Source of the DNA: an uncultured Elusimicrobia bacterium
GTDB taxonomy: Bacteria > Elusimicrobiota > Endomicrobiia > Endomicrobiales > CAIRNS01
Assembly (NCBI GenBank): GCA_903880015.1
Contig: CAIRNS010000028.1
Coordinates: 66,462 to 130,461 of the forward strand
Direction of reading: 5' to 3'
Length of the DNA stretch: 64,000 bases
A program made the position numbers and the translations under genes. A model generated the notes under the pieces. It did not search any database. It was not told where the DNA came from and saw nothing but the letters and a program-made list of their open reading frames with translations. Each line of letters opens with the position of its first letter. Positions within the stretch are counted from its first letter, which is position 1. Positions 48,358 to 58,200 of this stretch are shown here, one piece after another.

Positions 48358-49293
48358 ATGGCTAGCCTTAAAGAACTTGCCAAAAGACCAGAATCGTTTA
48401 CCGGCGGCCACCGGCTGTGTACGGGTTGCGGCGCGGGGACGATTGCCCGTCAGGCGTTGTTTGCCGCCGGCGATAAACCGGTGGTAGTCACCAGCGCGAC
48501 CGGATGCCTCGAAGTTGCGTCGACCATATTCCCGTTTTCCGCATGGAATGTTCCGTTTTTTCATTCTGCGTTTGAAAACTCAGCTGCATCCTGTTCCGGC
48601 ATTGAGACCGCGTACCGGTCGCTCAAAAAACAGGGCAAAATTGCCGACGACATTCGTTTTATCGCCTTTGGTGGCGATGGCGGCACCTACGACATCGGTC
48701 TGCAGTCCTTGTCCGGCGCGATGGAACGGCGCCACAAGATGCTGTATATCTGCTACAACAACGAAGCGTATATGAACACCGGCATTCAGCGTTCCGGCGC
48801 AACGCCCCGCGGCGCGCATACCACAACGGCGCCGACCGGCAAGGTTAAGACAGGCAAAGATCAGAACCGTAAAGATCTGACCGCCATCATGGCAGCCCAC
48901 GACATCCCGTATGTAGGGCAGACAGCAGTCGGGTACTGGAACGATTTTATGACGAAAGTCCAGAAAGCTCTTGAAGTTGACGGTCCTTCCTTTATCAATA
49001 TCATTCAGCCCTGCCGGTTAGGGTGGGGATATAAGCCGGAAGATACCATGGTTCTGGGTCGCCTTGCGGTAGAAACCTGTATCTGGCCCGTTTATGAAGT
49101 TGTTAACGGGGAGTATAAACTTAACATCAAGCCAAAAGAAAAAAAGCCCGTTACAGAATTTATGAAGCATCAGGTCCGGTTTAAACACTTGTTCAAACCA
49201 GAAAATCAAACATTGCTCAATGAAATTCAGGTCGAAGTTGACCAACGCTGGGCAAAATTGCTAAGATTGTGCAACGAACAGCCGATTGCATAG
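48358..49293 (+). CDS. porB: 2-oxoacid:ferredoxin oxidoreductase beta subunit (TPP-binding)
   Basis: CTGCG, GGDGGTYDIG and YNNEAYMNTG motifs. Confidence 0.9.
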   Translation: MASLKELAKRPESFTGGHRLCTGCGAGTIARQALFAAGDKPVVVTSATGCLEVASTIFPFSAWNVPFFHSAFENSAASCSGIETAYRSLKKQGKIADDIRFIAFGGDGGTYDIGLQSLSGAMERRHKMLYICYNNEAYMNTGIQRSGATPRGAHTTTAPTGKVKTGKDQNRKDLTAIMAAHDIPYVGQTAVGYWNDFMTKVQKALEVDGPSFINIIQPCRLGWGYKPEDTMVLGRLAVETCIWPVYEVVNGEYKLNIKPKEKKPVTEFMKHQVRFKHLFKPENQTLLNEIQVEVDQRWAKLLRLCNEQPIA

Positions 49294-49392
49294 TTGTCCG
49301 TTCCAAGCATCTCATGATAGCTTGCCCTGTTGGCGGGCCGACAGGATCCATGAAAAGTTGTAAATTTATCAGGATTGTGTGAAAAGGAAACT

Positions 49393-49629
49393 ATGAAAAT
49401 GAATATTGGTTCAGCTGACCGCGCCATTCGCCTCATCGTCGCGATAATTCTGGTTGGATTGTATTTCGGCGGCGTCATCACCGGCAAGTTCGGTCTTGCC
49501 CTGGTAATCCTTGGCGCGGGTCTCGGTATCACCGCCCTTGTCAGATTTTGCGGATTGTATACACTTTTGGGCATCAACACCTGCTGCAGCGGCGAAAAAG
49601 ACAGCTGCTGCTGCGGTGGTAAGGAATAG
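49393..49629 (+). CDS. DUF2892 (YgaP-like) small membrane protein with a Cys-rich tail
   Basis: NIGSADRAIR...RFCGLY pattern. The tail reads NTCCSGEKDSCCCGG. Confidence 0.55.
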   Translation: MKMNIGSADRAIRLIVAIILVGLYFGGVITGKFGLALVILGAGLGITALVRFCGLYTLLGINTCCSGEKDSCCCGGKE

Positions 49630-49672
49630 TTCAAAAAGCATTTTTCTACAATAGTATAGTCAGTGTCATCAT

Positions 49673-49744
49673 TCCGTCGTAGCTCAACGGTGGAGCATCC
49701 CGCTGTTAACGGGAGGGTTGTAGGTTCGAGTCCTACCGACGGAG
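49673..49744 (+). tRNA. tRNA-Asn (anticodon GTT), no encoded CCA
   Basis: Acceptor TCCGTCG/CGACGGA, anticodon loop CTGTTAA, GGTTCGAGTCC. Confidence 0.9.
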
Positions 49745-49793
49745 TATTTTTAGATTGTCGTGTTCAGACAATTACTGGTTTTGTCTGTCAATA

Positions 49794-49836
49794 GCCTCAC
49801 ACAGGGGGAAGCCCTTGCGTGAGGCATTTGTATTTT
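49794..49836 (+). terminator. Hairpin plus T-rich tract downstream of tRNA-Asn
   Basis: GCCTCACACAGGG / CCCTTGCGTGAGGC followed by ATTTGTATTTT. Confidence 0.4.
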
Positions 49837-49920
49837 GAGGGATCTGTCTGACAACCATAGAGAATATTATGTATAATCTATCAAGAAAACTTTTTATGTC
49901 TGTATTAAAGGAGATCTGAC

Positions 49921-50406
49921 ATGACGGAGCAGCGGCAGGAACTGGTGGAGATGCTTCAGATTATGGAAAGAATCGAGCTGTCCATGGCGGCCCTGTACAC
50001 CGCTTGCGCCGAGAGGTGGCAAAAAGGAAATTCATTCTGGTTGAACCTGGTTAAAGATGAAAAAAGCCATTCGCATTATTTTCTGCGGACCGCAGAATTG
50101 ATTAAACAAGATGCGACAAGTTTTTCACCAGGCAGGTTATTTAACAAGGCGGCTGTAGAAACAACGGTAAAAGGAATTGAAAAAAACATTGAAGGTGTCA
50201 AAAATGGCGCCACCTCATTTGATGCTTTATTGTATATTGCGCGGGATTATGAACACGCGCTTATGGAACTCGATTACCGGGAAATCATTCAGTCAAGCAA
50301 CGCTGAATATATTCGGTTGACTGAGATAGTCACCAGCCAGACGATTATGCACTTGCGTTCAATAGAAGAAAAAATATCCTTAGTAAACCAATCCCACAAT
50401 GAATGA
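49921..50406 (+). CDS. Ferritin-like / four-helix-bundle protein of unknown function
   Basis: Helical, with E...H spacing (ERIELSMAALY, DEKSHSHYF, YEHAL). The call is weak. Confidence 0.35.
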   Translation: MTEQRQELVEMLQIMERIELSMAALYTACAERWQKGNSFWLNLVKDEKSHSHYFLRTAELIKQDATSFSPGRLFNKAAVETTVKGIEKNIEGVKNGATSFDALLYIARDYEHALMELDYREIIQSSNAEYIRLTEIVTSQTIMHLRSIEEKISLVNQSHNE

Positions 50407-50466
50407 AAGAAATGCTGGCAAGTCTTTTAATGGAAAAGTATTTGGGCGAAAGTGCGCGTTATTGAG

Positions 50467-50991
50467 ATGAAAACAGTATTATGGTGTATCGCGGTTCTAT
50501 TGAGTCTGACTGTTCTGTGTGGAGCGCGTGAAATGCAGGAACTAAAAACCGTCGACTATGTTGATGTGGCGCGCTACATGGGAACATGGTATGAAATAGC
50601 GAAATTCCCGCAATGGTTCGAAAAAGGGCTTGTCGGGGTAACGGCAAACTATACATTGCTCCCCAACGGGAAAGTGCGGGTTCTCAACAGCGGGTATAAA
50701 AATGATTTCAATGGAAAGTATAAAAAGGCAAAAGGCAAGGCGTGGATAGTCGACAAAAAAACCAACGCAAAACTAAAAGTAAGTTTTTTTTGGCCCTTTG
50801 CGGGCGATTACTGGATTATTGAGCTCGGCAAGGAATACGAATACGCCGTCGTGGGCGACGCCTCAAGAAAATATCTCTGGATACTATCAAGACCCCCCCA
50901 TATGGACGAATCTCTCTACAGTGAAATCCTTCAACGCATAAAAAATAAAGGTTTTGACATAGGAAAACTCGAAAAAAATCTACAAAAATAA
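50467..50991 (+). CDS. blc: Bacterial lipocalin (Blc-like)
   Basis: YMGTWYEIAKFP, GDYWIIELG and YLWILSR motifs, plus a signal peptide. Confidence 0.85.
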   Translation: MKTVLWCIAVLLSLTVLCGAREMQELKTVDYVDVARYMGTWYEIAKFPQWFEKGLVGVTANYTLLPNGKVRVLNSGYKNDFNGKYKKAKGKAWIVDKKTNAKLKVSFFWPFAGDYWIIELGKEYEYAVVGDASRKYLWILSRPPHMDESLYSEILQRIKNKGFDIGKLEKNLQK

Positions 50992-51062
50992 GGGTGCGGG
51001 GAAATGGATGGACAAACATGTGCATCCTGTATCTGATGAGCACCATCCGCGAGCGTTAATCA

Positions 51063-51656
51063 ATGAAAACGACAATAAAAACTAACCGGTGCCGCTGTCA
51101 GTGGGTGGATTTGAGTAAACCTGATTATGTTGCCTATCACGATACTGAATGGGGTGTTCCTGTCCGTGACGATAGGCTTATATTTGAATTTTTGACCTTG
51201 GAATCCGCGCAGGCAGGGTTGAGCTGGTATACGGTTCTCAAAAAACGGGAGAATTATCGTGCGGCGTTTGCAAATTTTGAGCCGGAGAAAGTAGCTCGCT
51301 TCAGCCAGAAAAAAATCGAGCTGTTGCTGTGCAATCCCGGAATCATTAGAAATAAATTGAAAATAAACGCCGCAGTCATTAACGCGCAGAAATTTCTTGA
51401 AGTACAGGCGCGGTTCGGGACTTTTTCAAAGTATATATGGCAGTTTGTCGGAGGCAGTCCGATACAGCACACTATACGGACACTCGCTGATTTTCCGGCA
51501 ACAACCAAAGAATCGGATGCGTTAAGCAAGGATTTGAAGAGCAGAGGATTTAAATTTACTGGTTCCACCATATGCTACGCGCACATGCAGGCAACGGGGA
51601 TGGTAAATGACCATGCCCGTGATTGTTTCAGAAGAAAAGAAGTAATGGGAAAATAG
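51063..51656 (+). CDS. tag: DNA-3-methyladenine glycosylase I
   Basis: C.W...P.Y..YHD.EWG, FEFLTLE.AQAGLSW and ICYAHMQATGMVNDH. Confidence 0.9.
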   Translation: MKTTIKTNRCRCQWVDLSKPDYVAYHDTEWGVPVRDDRLIFEFLTLESAQAGLSWYTVLKKRENYRAAFANFEPEKVARFSQKKIELLLCNPGIIRNKLKINAAVINAQKFLEVQARFGTFSKYIWQFVGGSPIQHTIRTLADFPATTKESDALSKDLKSRGFKFTGSTICYAHMQATGMVNDHARDCFRRKEVMGK

Positions 51657-51782
51657 CGCCATGTAACAAGTACAAAGAATCAGTTATGAGAACACCAATC
51701 TCTGGCAAACTGCAAGAGTGGGGTCTGTCATGGCGATACAAGCGTGCAGTTTCATAAGGCGACTGGGATAAATGAGGGAAGA

Positions 51783-52628
51783 ATGAAGAATACTTCTAAA
51801 AAAATCAACATCTTTGAAGTTGGTATCGCATATAAAAAAGCAGGGGAATATAGGAAAGCGTTGGTGTGTTTTAAAAAGGCTGTGAGTATTAAGGGATGTG
51901 AAGATGATGCCAATATCAATATCATGGAAATGCTGCTTAAGACGGAGGCATATGAAAAAGCATTGCAATTTATCGCGCATGTAAAAATAAGCCATCAATA
52001 CAATTATCAAAGATATGTATTCCAAGCGCAATGCAGTCAAGCGCTTGGAAAATGCAGTGAGGCAATCAAGTACTCTATTAAGGCAGGGATGTGTGCTAAG
52101 GAGGCAAGCGATGCTCAATCTGTCAAGAAAAGCCTTGCACATCTATATGCGCAGCAAAAAGACTTCAAGAGAGCCCTTGGGTTTATAGAAAGCTTGGAGA
52201 AATACGATGAAATAGATGATGACATGTTGCTACTCAAGGGAATATGCCTTAAAGAGCAGGGGAATTATGATGCATCCTTGAAATGTCTTGCTAAAGTAGT
52301 GGAAGGAAAAAGACGTGATATGGCAGGGGAAATAATGGGGGATATTTATGTAAGACAAAACAAATTTTCACTAGGAAAAGCTCATTATATTAAACTTCTT
52401 GAGAATGCTAATGAAAAAGAACAATCATATCTGTTCAACTATAATCTGGCAAGATTGTATGTAGCCAACAATGATTATATCGGGGGAAGGCCATTTCTGC
52501 TGAAATGGTATCATCATGTCGACGAAAAGAAAAATATATTTCTAAAAAATAAATTACTAAATATAATTGAGTATGCTGATAAGAAAACAATACTCAAATC
52601 CAAGCCCATAGAAATGACTTTACAATAA
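51783..52628 (+). CDS. TPR-repeat protein (probably the N-terminal part of a TPR-radical SAM fusion)
   Basis: ATG follows GAGGGAAG. Repeated A..Y.KAL.....G/A 34-aa periodicity. The sequence is AT-rich. Confidence 0.55.
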   Translation: MKNTSKKINIFEVGIAYKKAGEYRKALVCFKKAVSIKGCEDDANINIMEMLLKTEAYEKALQFIAHVKISHQYNYQRYVFQAQCSQALGKCSEAIKYSIKAGMCAKEASDAQSVKKSLAHLYAQQKDFKRALGFIESLEKYDEIDDDMLLLKGICLKEQGNYDASLKCLAKVVEGKRRDMAGEIMGDIYVRQNKFSLGKAHYIKLLENANEKEQSYLFNYNLARLYVANNDYIGGRPFLLKWYHHVDEKKNIFLKNKLLNIIEYADKKTILKSKPIEMTLQ

Positions 52629-53623
52629 CATCGAAATGTAATTTAAAATGTGCGATGTGTGATACGCATAAAAATAATTTTGATCTCGGAAAGACAACGG
52701 CGGATGAAATTGAAAAACTGTTTCCCTATTTAGAAGGCATATCTTGGCTTGGCGGGGAAGTGTTCCTTGCGAAACGATTTGACCATTTGTTTGAACAGGC
52801 GCTGCGTCACAAAAATATTCGAACCAATGAGATTATTACCAATGGGCTGCTCTTAACCGAGAAAACAATCGATAAAATCGTTGCGAACAAAGTAAAATTG
52901 ACCGTTTCTGTGGATGGTGTAACAAAAAATATATATGAAGGGATTCGTAAAGGTGGAAATTTTGAAGTATTGCAAAAAAAACTGCATATGATTTCAGAAG
53001 CGTATTCCCGCACACATACTGAAGCGTATGTGTTGCAGCTTAATCATGTAGTGCTTAAAAGTAATTATAAAGATTTAATTCGATTGCCGGATTTTGCGCG
53101 CAAATATGGGTTTAATAGAATTAGTTTGATGAGATGTATCCCAAGCCCAGTCGCAAATAATGAATTGATAGAGAATGATCTTGCAATAATGGGATATATT
53201 AAAGGCATAATGCCGCAGGTGCTTGATAGAGCGCAGAAAAATGGGATCACCATGTTGCTTGACCGTTTTTATGGCAACATGGCTTTCAATAATGGTAAAA
53301 AAAGCAGTGTTCAACAATCTCAATATTTAGACAGTGGATGCGATACAAACAGCGCCGAAAGTGTTTATGGGAAAAGAGAGGATTATTGTAGTGCTCCCTG
53401 GAAGAGATTTACTCTTTTAACCGATGGATTTGTATATCCGGATTGTGATTGTGTTGTGCCCGCCGGTGGTTTTATTAAACAATCAATTGCAGAGACATGG
53501 AATAGCAGCATTATGCAGCAATACCGGGCAACATTAGGCAGGAAAAGTGGTAACAGTTTATGCAATAAAGAATGTATGAAGAATAAATACTACGCTAATA
53601 ATGTGCAAAAATACATATTGTAA
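52619..53623 (+). CDS. Radical SAM enzyme with a SPASM/twitch-like C-terminal Cys domain; no usable start codon of its own
   Basis: FTITSKCNLKCAMC (Cys codons at 52637, 52649, 52658) lies upstream of the tracked ATG at 52655. Also WLGGEVFL, ITNGLLL, and CSAPW...GFVYPDCDC...CNKEC. Confidence 0.7.
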   Translation, partial: FTITSKCNLKCAMCDTHKNNFDLGKTTADEIEKLFPYLEGISWLGGEVFLAKRFDHLFEQALRHKNIRTNEIITNGLLLTEKTIDKIVANKVKLTVSVDGVTKNIYEGIRKGGNFEVLQKKLHMISEAYSRTHTEAYVLQLNHVVLKSNYKDLIRLPDFARKYGFNRISLMRCIPSPVANNELIENDLAIMGYIKGIMPQVLDRAQKNGITMLLDRFYGNMAFNNGKKSSVQQSQYLDSGCDTNSAESVYGKREDYCSAPWKRFTLLTDGFVYPDCDCVVPAGGFIKQSIAETWNSSIMQQYRATLGRKSGNSLCNKECMKNKYYANNVQKYIL

Positions 53624-53661
53624 AGTGCTTATAAAGCGATTCCGAAAGAGTGGTGTATTGT

Positions 53662-55089
53662 ATGTCACTGTATAGTGCACTACCGGGGAAGCAATGGCGG
53701 AGAAGTATTCCTGCCCGGGGCGTAGTTTTTTGTTGCGGAGTCATCTTTGCAATAGTAATGGTTGAACTGTTTATGCGTGCGGGATGGTTTTCAATCTTTG
53801 CTCTGAGGGAATACGGGAATCATGTTTCCGGTGTTCAGTCAGGGGCATATAAGATTTTGTGTCTGGGTGACTCCATGTCCGCATTTACCTACACCCCCAT
53901 CTTGGAACGCATATTAAATGAGAAAAGTTCCGGTCTAAAGTTTGCAGTTATCAATAAGGCAATCCCCGCGACGACCTCTACCGTATTGTCGGCACATGCG
54001 CAAGAATACATAGAGCAGTATAACCCCCAAATGGTCATTGCAATGATGGGGCATAATGATTACCAGCCGTTACTCTTTATGCCATTGATGGGAGACCCCC
54101 AGCGTAGCCACTGGATGCTCATTGAGTGCTTAAAATTTATACTAAAAAAACATCCTCCTACAGAACTTCCGGCCACAAAAGTGATGTCCACGGATAAAGG
54201 TGCTGAAGCAAGCAAAAGAGATGACCGGTTAGAAGCTCTCCGCCGGGTGATAGAAGAAGATCCGCGCAATATGCAGGCATATACGGAATTGGGGTGCTAC
54301 TATCTTGGCATCCGCAAAGACGATGCGGCAATTGACTTGTTTGCCCGTGCCATAAGCATGAATCCGGGAAGCGTTGATTTCTATATAAAGATTGCTGATA
54401 TTTACTTCAATCAGAAGCGTTACGCGGAAGCGCTGCGTATGCTTAAAGCGGCTCCAGTAGGACATGAAAATTATTGTTTTGTTTTGAGGGACATGGCCCG
54501 AGTGTATGCCGTCTTGAAGGACACACCCAGTCAGGTTGCTGCATTGGAGAAAGCCGTTCGCTCAGGTGGTGATCCGGTAACTCAGCAGATGTTGTTGCAG
54601 TTCTATTTTGACGCAGGAGATACGCGGCGTGCCATTGAGCTCGAAAAAAAAATATCTGATCAAAACGATCCGACAGGAAATGCGCTGGGCTGTTTGTCCC
54701 ATGTCTATCTTTTGCGGAAAGAAATTAAGATTGCAAAGCAATACGCCGATAAGGCGACTGCGGTGCGGAGTGTCAATCTCAATAAAACTACCCGTGCCAA
54801 TTATTGCCGATTAGCCCGATTGACTCGTGACAGGAACATTCAATTGGTTTGCATACAGTATCCGCTGAGAAGCGTCAAACCGTTAAAAGAAATGTTGGAT
54901 GGATTTGATAATATCCTTTTTGTTGACAACGAAAATATATTTTGGGATGCAGTTGCGGCGAAAGGGTACGCTGCTTATTTTATAGATAATTTTGCCGGTG
55001 ATTTTGGCCATTGCACTTCCCTGGGCTATGAAATGATGGCAGCCAACATAGCTGATAATATCCTTACCGCGATAGATATTAAACATTGA
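53662..55089 (+). CDS. Membrane-anchored SGNH/GDSL-like hydrolase with a TPR array inserted between catalytic blocks
   Basis: N-terminal TM segment, block I LCLGDSMS, block III MMGHNDY, about 200 aa of TPR, then block V DFGHCT. Confidence 0.55.
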   Translation: MSLYSALPGKQWRRSIPARGVVFCCGVIFAIVMVELFMRAGWFSIFALREYGNHVSGVQSGAYKILCLGDSMSAFTYTPILERILNEKSSGLKFAVINKAIPATTSTVLSAHAQEYIEQYNPQMVIAMMGHNDYQPLLFMPLMGDPQRSHWMLIECLKFILKKHPPTELPATKVMSTDKGAEASKRDDRLEALRRVIEEDPRNMQAYTELGCYYLGIRKDDAAIDLFARAISMNPGSVDFYIKIADIYFNQKRYAEALRMLKAAPVGHENYCFVLRDMARVYAVLKDTPSQVAALEKAVRSGGDPVTQQMLLQFYFDAGDTRRAIELEKKISDQNDPTGNALGCLSHVYLLRKEIKIAKQYADKATAVRSVNLNKTTRANYCRLARLTRDRNIQLVCIQYPLRSVKPLKEMLDGFDNILFVDNENIFWDAVAAKGYAAYFIDNFAGDFGHCTSLGYEMMAANIADNILTAIDIKH

Positions 55090-55204
55090 CAGCCAATCAA
55101 TGGATGGTTGGCCGGTATTGCAAACAATGTTTACATATAATAAAAGCGGGGAATAATAATAGTGGCAAAGTGTCTTTTTAGAATAGTCCGGCGGGGATGG
55201 GTAA

Positions 55205-58200
55205 TTATGCGGCTTCAAGTATTGCGCGGGTTAGGCGGACATCGGCTGGCTGGTTGCGCTTGCGGTTGATGGTTGTTTTGAGTCGGGGGTCTGCAAACAG
55301 GACGATAAGGGCCAGCGAGATTGCCGTTGCGTTGCCGTTCTTGAATGCCTTTGCTTTTTGATGAATCATTTGTGATACTTCCTCGGCCATCATGGTGTCG
55401 GGAACTTCAATTTTCGCGCTTTCAAAGTTCAGCGAATCAATTCCTCCCACGGTCATCATTTCTATAAACATCCGCTCCAGTTCAGGTGAAGCCAGTCCAT
55501 CTCTTTTGCCTCTGCTTGCCAGCAGATACCGTGCAGCGAATGATTTAAGAAATGATTCGCGGTCCTCGGTGCGCGCTGCATGCAGTTTCGCTGATTCAAT
55601 CAAATCCCGGTTGGCGTCTATCGCATCGAAATTCCCGGCAAGTATGTTTTTTAACGCTTCTTTCAGCTTTGGTTCATCCGCCGGCGCTTCAAACGACCCT
55701 TCCGCAATATCCATAGTAAACGCTACCTGATGTTCGTACTCCTTCTTTTCGCGGGGGGATGTGACGAACAGCTCAAACAAGTTAATCCCCATTATCGCTA
55801 TTTCCGTTATATCCCGCCGTCCTGTCACCAGCTTTGTGGCTTTCTGGAAATTCTCGTTCTCGAAAATAACGATGCAGGTCGGGTCCATTTTTTGCACGAC
55901 ACTCTCCAACTGCGCACCGGTCGTGTCTTTGTTCACCAATATCTTTATCACGGACCACGGTTGGGGTTGTACCGTAGCGTCTTGCGGTTCCGCCAGATCT
56001 ATCACTGAATAATTACGCATTTCGGTACTTGCTTTTATTCCCCTGCCGGCAACCCATGCGCCTGTCAATATTTCAGCTTGTATCGCGGCAATTTTTTGGG
56101 TAAGTTCTTGACTGCTGCAAATAATGCCGTCAGCTCCGGTGAGGTTCAATAGTTTAATAGCGTCGTCCGCATTGTCACCCGCGTACATAAGATAGGTTTT
56201 TGCGCCTTTGTTGTTCAAAGTTTGCACCTGCGCGCGCAAGGTATTTACGGTTGTGTCCAAAGCATTAACTGCCTTGAGAACGATGGGATGATTCAGGCGG
56301 GGCATGGTCGAAAAAGCGTCTGTCCATTCGCGTTCGACTGCCACATTTACCCGGCGCGCTTCATGCCGGGCACGCAGTACTCGCTGCGCCTGGCCATAAT
56401 TGATAGTGCGCGTACTCTCAGGCATGGTGATTTCCTCGTTCTGCCACTGAAGAACTGTGCCTGTCCCTTCGCTGCGCAAAACCATCAGTCCGCCGTCCAT
56501 GAGGCCCTTTTCACCGATGGTTTGTAATAGATTGATAAAATTGCGAGACCCCGTGACACTGCCACTGCCCTGCAGTAAAGCAAGGATATATGACGCCTCA
56601 AATTCCTTCCCTGCCTGCACATCTATATATATTTTTACCTTCCCGTTTTCGTTAACCATATAGGTGTCGCTAATCCCGCAGGCGCTGGCTTTTGAAAGAA
56701 TTTCTTTTCTTTTTTGAACATCGCTTGGCAACGCAGTGATAATGATTTGAGCGCCGGAGGGGAGATTGTCCTCTTTTGATACCCCGACAATGGTCGGTAT
56801 ATCCGCATTAGTATCATACGCGACATGGATAACCCCTGTAGTTATAAAGCTGACAGCCGCGCCGCCGGCAACGGTTGCCAGCGCTGCAAGGACCGTGATA
56901 ATCGCTCCATACCCCAGCGCAAGAGGCATGAGCCACCAGCCCAGGGCCGCAACAGTCGCTATGCCGGTTAGCCATCCAACCGTGTTCATGGCTGTTATGG
57001 CAGCACCCCGCGCAGTATTTGCACTGCTGTGCGCCCGGTCAAAAACCACCGGATTTTTCATCATCGGCACAAACTCGTGCAAATGCACCTCAAGAAGCGC
57101 CAGCCACTGTGGCCACCCAGCAGAAATTCGTTGATAATAGCGCCCCGCATTTTCCGGCAATACGGCGGCAGCAACGGTGGCATCATTTCCTGTATTTCCA
57201 GGTTTATCCATCGCAGATAATCTTTGTGCTATGAGAGGAATCGCCGCAAGGAAAATAGTAAGTTTTTCCTTTAAGCGAACTTTGAACACCGACTCAAAAG
57301 AGTTAGCGGCGAAATCCTCATACTTGATCGCAGAGCCTGTGTATATAGATCCCGCCAGTGAATATCCCTCCAGAAGTTTATCGATAAAATTACCGAAATT
57401 GTCTATCTTGGTTTCATATATGACCGAAAATATAGTGTTCAAGAATCGGGCCCATTGAAAGGCATGAGACGGGTAGAGGTTCATTATAAGGGCTAAGGTT
57501 GCTCGTGCTGCCCAATGAGATTCGGTAACTATAAAATGATGTATCCGGGCGTTATATAACCGTGCTGCGTAGATATTGAAATCCATGTACTCGTGGACAT
57601 TCCAGCCAAACATATCCGCAAATGCGAGGGCGGTGCAATCAGCGGCAAATTCATGCACGGTTTCTGTAAGCAAATTGTAGCCGTGATATCCTTTCTGATT
57701 CAGAACATCGTGCGCGATTTCATGAGCCACTACTTCAAAAAATATTCTATTGCTCCCTTCTCTTCTCAATAACCCGCCTATGATGAAATTAGAATAGGCA
57801 TTATCTAAGTAGTCCCTCACTATCGCTGTACTTGCCTTTGCCGCGAGGCGCAATACTGTTTCCGGATTATGTAATTGCGGGACCCCGGGTATAGTAGACG
57901 AGGCCATAATCGTGGCCATTATATGCACTTTTGCTTCCTCGTCCTGCAGCCAAAGGGTATTGAAGAGTGAATCTCTCCACCCCTCTGCTGTAACCAGATT
58001 TTGAATATACTGTTTTGACGGTCCTGCCAATGCGCTGCTGAGCTCAATAAATTCTTTATCCAATGCTTTGCGCTGTTTGTCTCCTTCCGCCGGCGGCAAA
58101 GGAGAATTAAACTTTATATTTGTTTGTTCGTTGATTGTGTAGTCCGCGAAATAACTTAATGCGTAAAGTTTGATGCTAATGTGCATGTTCGGGCTACGCA

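Noticed and set aside
51684-52142. A 152-aa minus-strand ORF at the start of the AT-rich region.
   Set aside because: It is antisense to the TPR gene, which has the better RBS and repeat periodicity. Long spurious ORFs in AT-rich DNA are less expected, but this one has no motifs.
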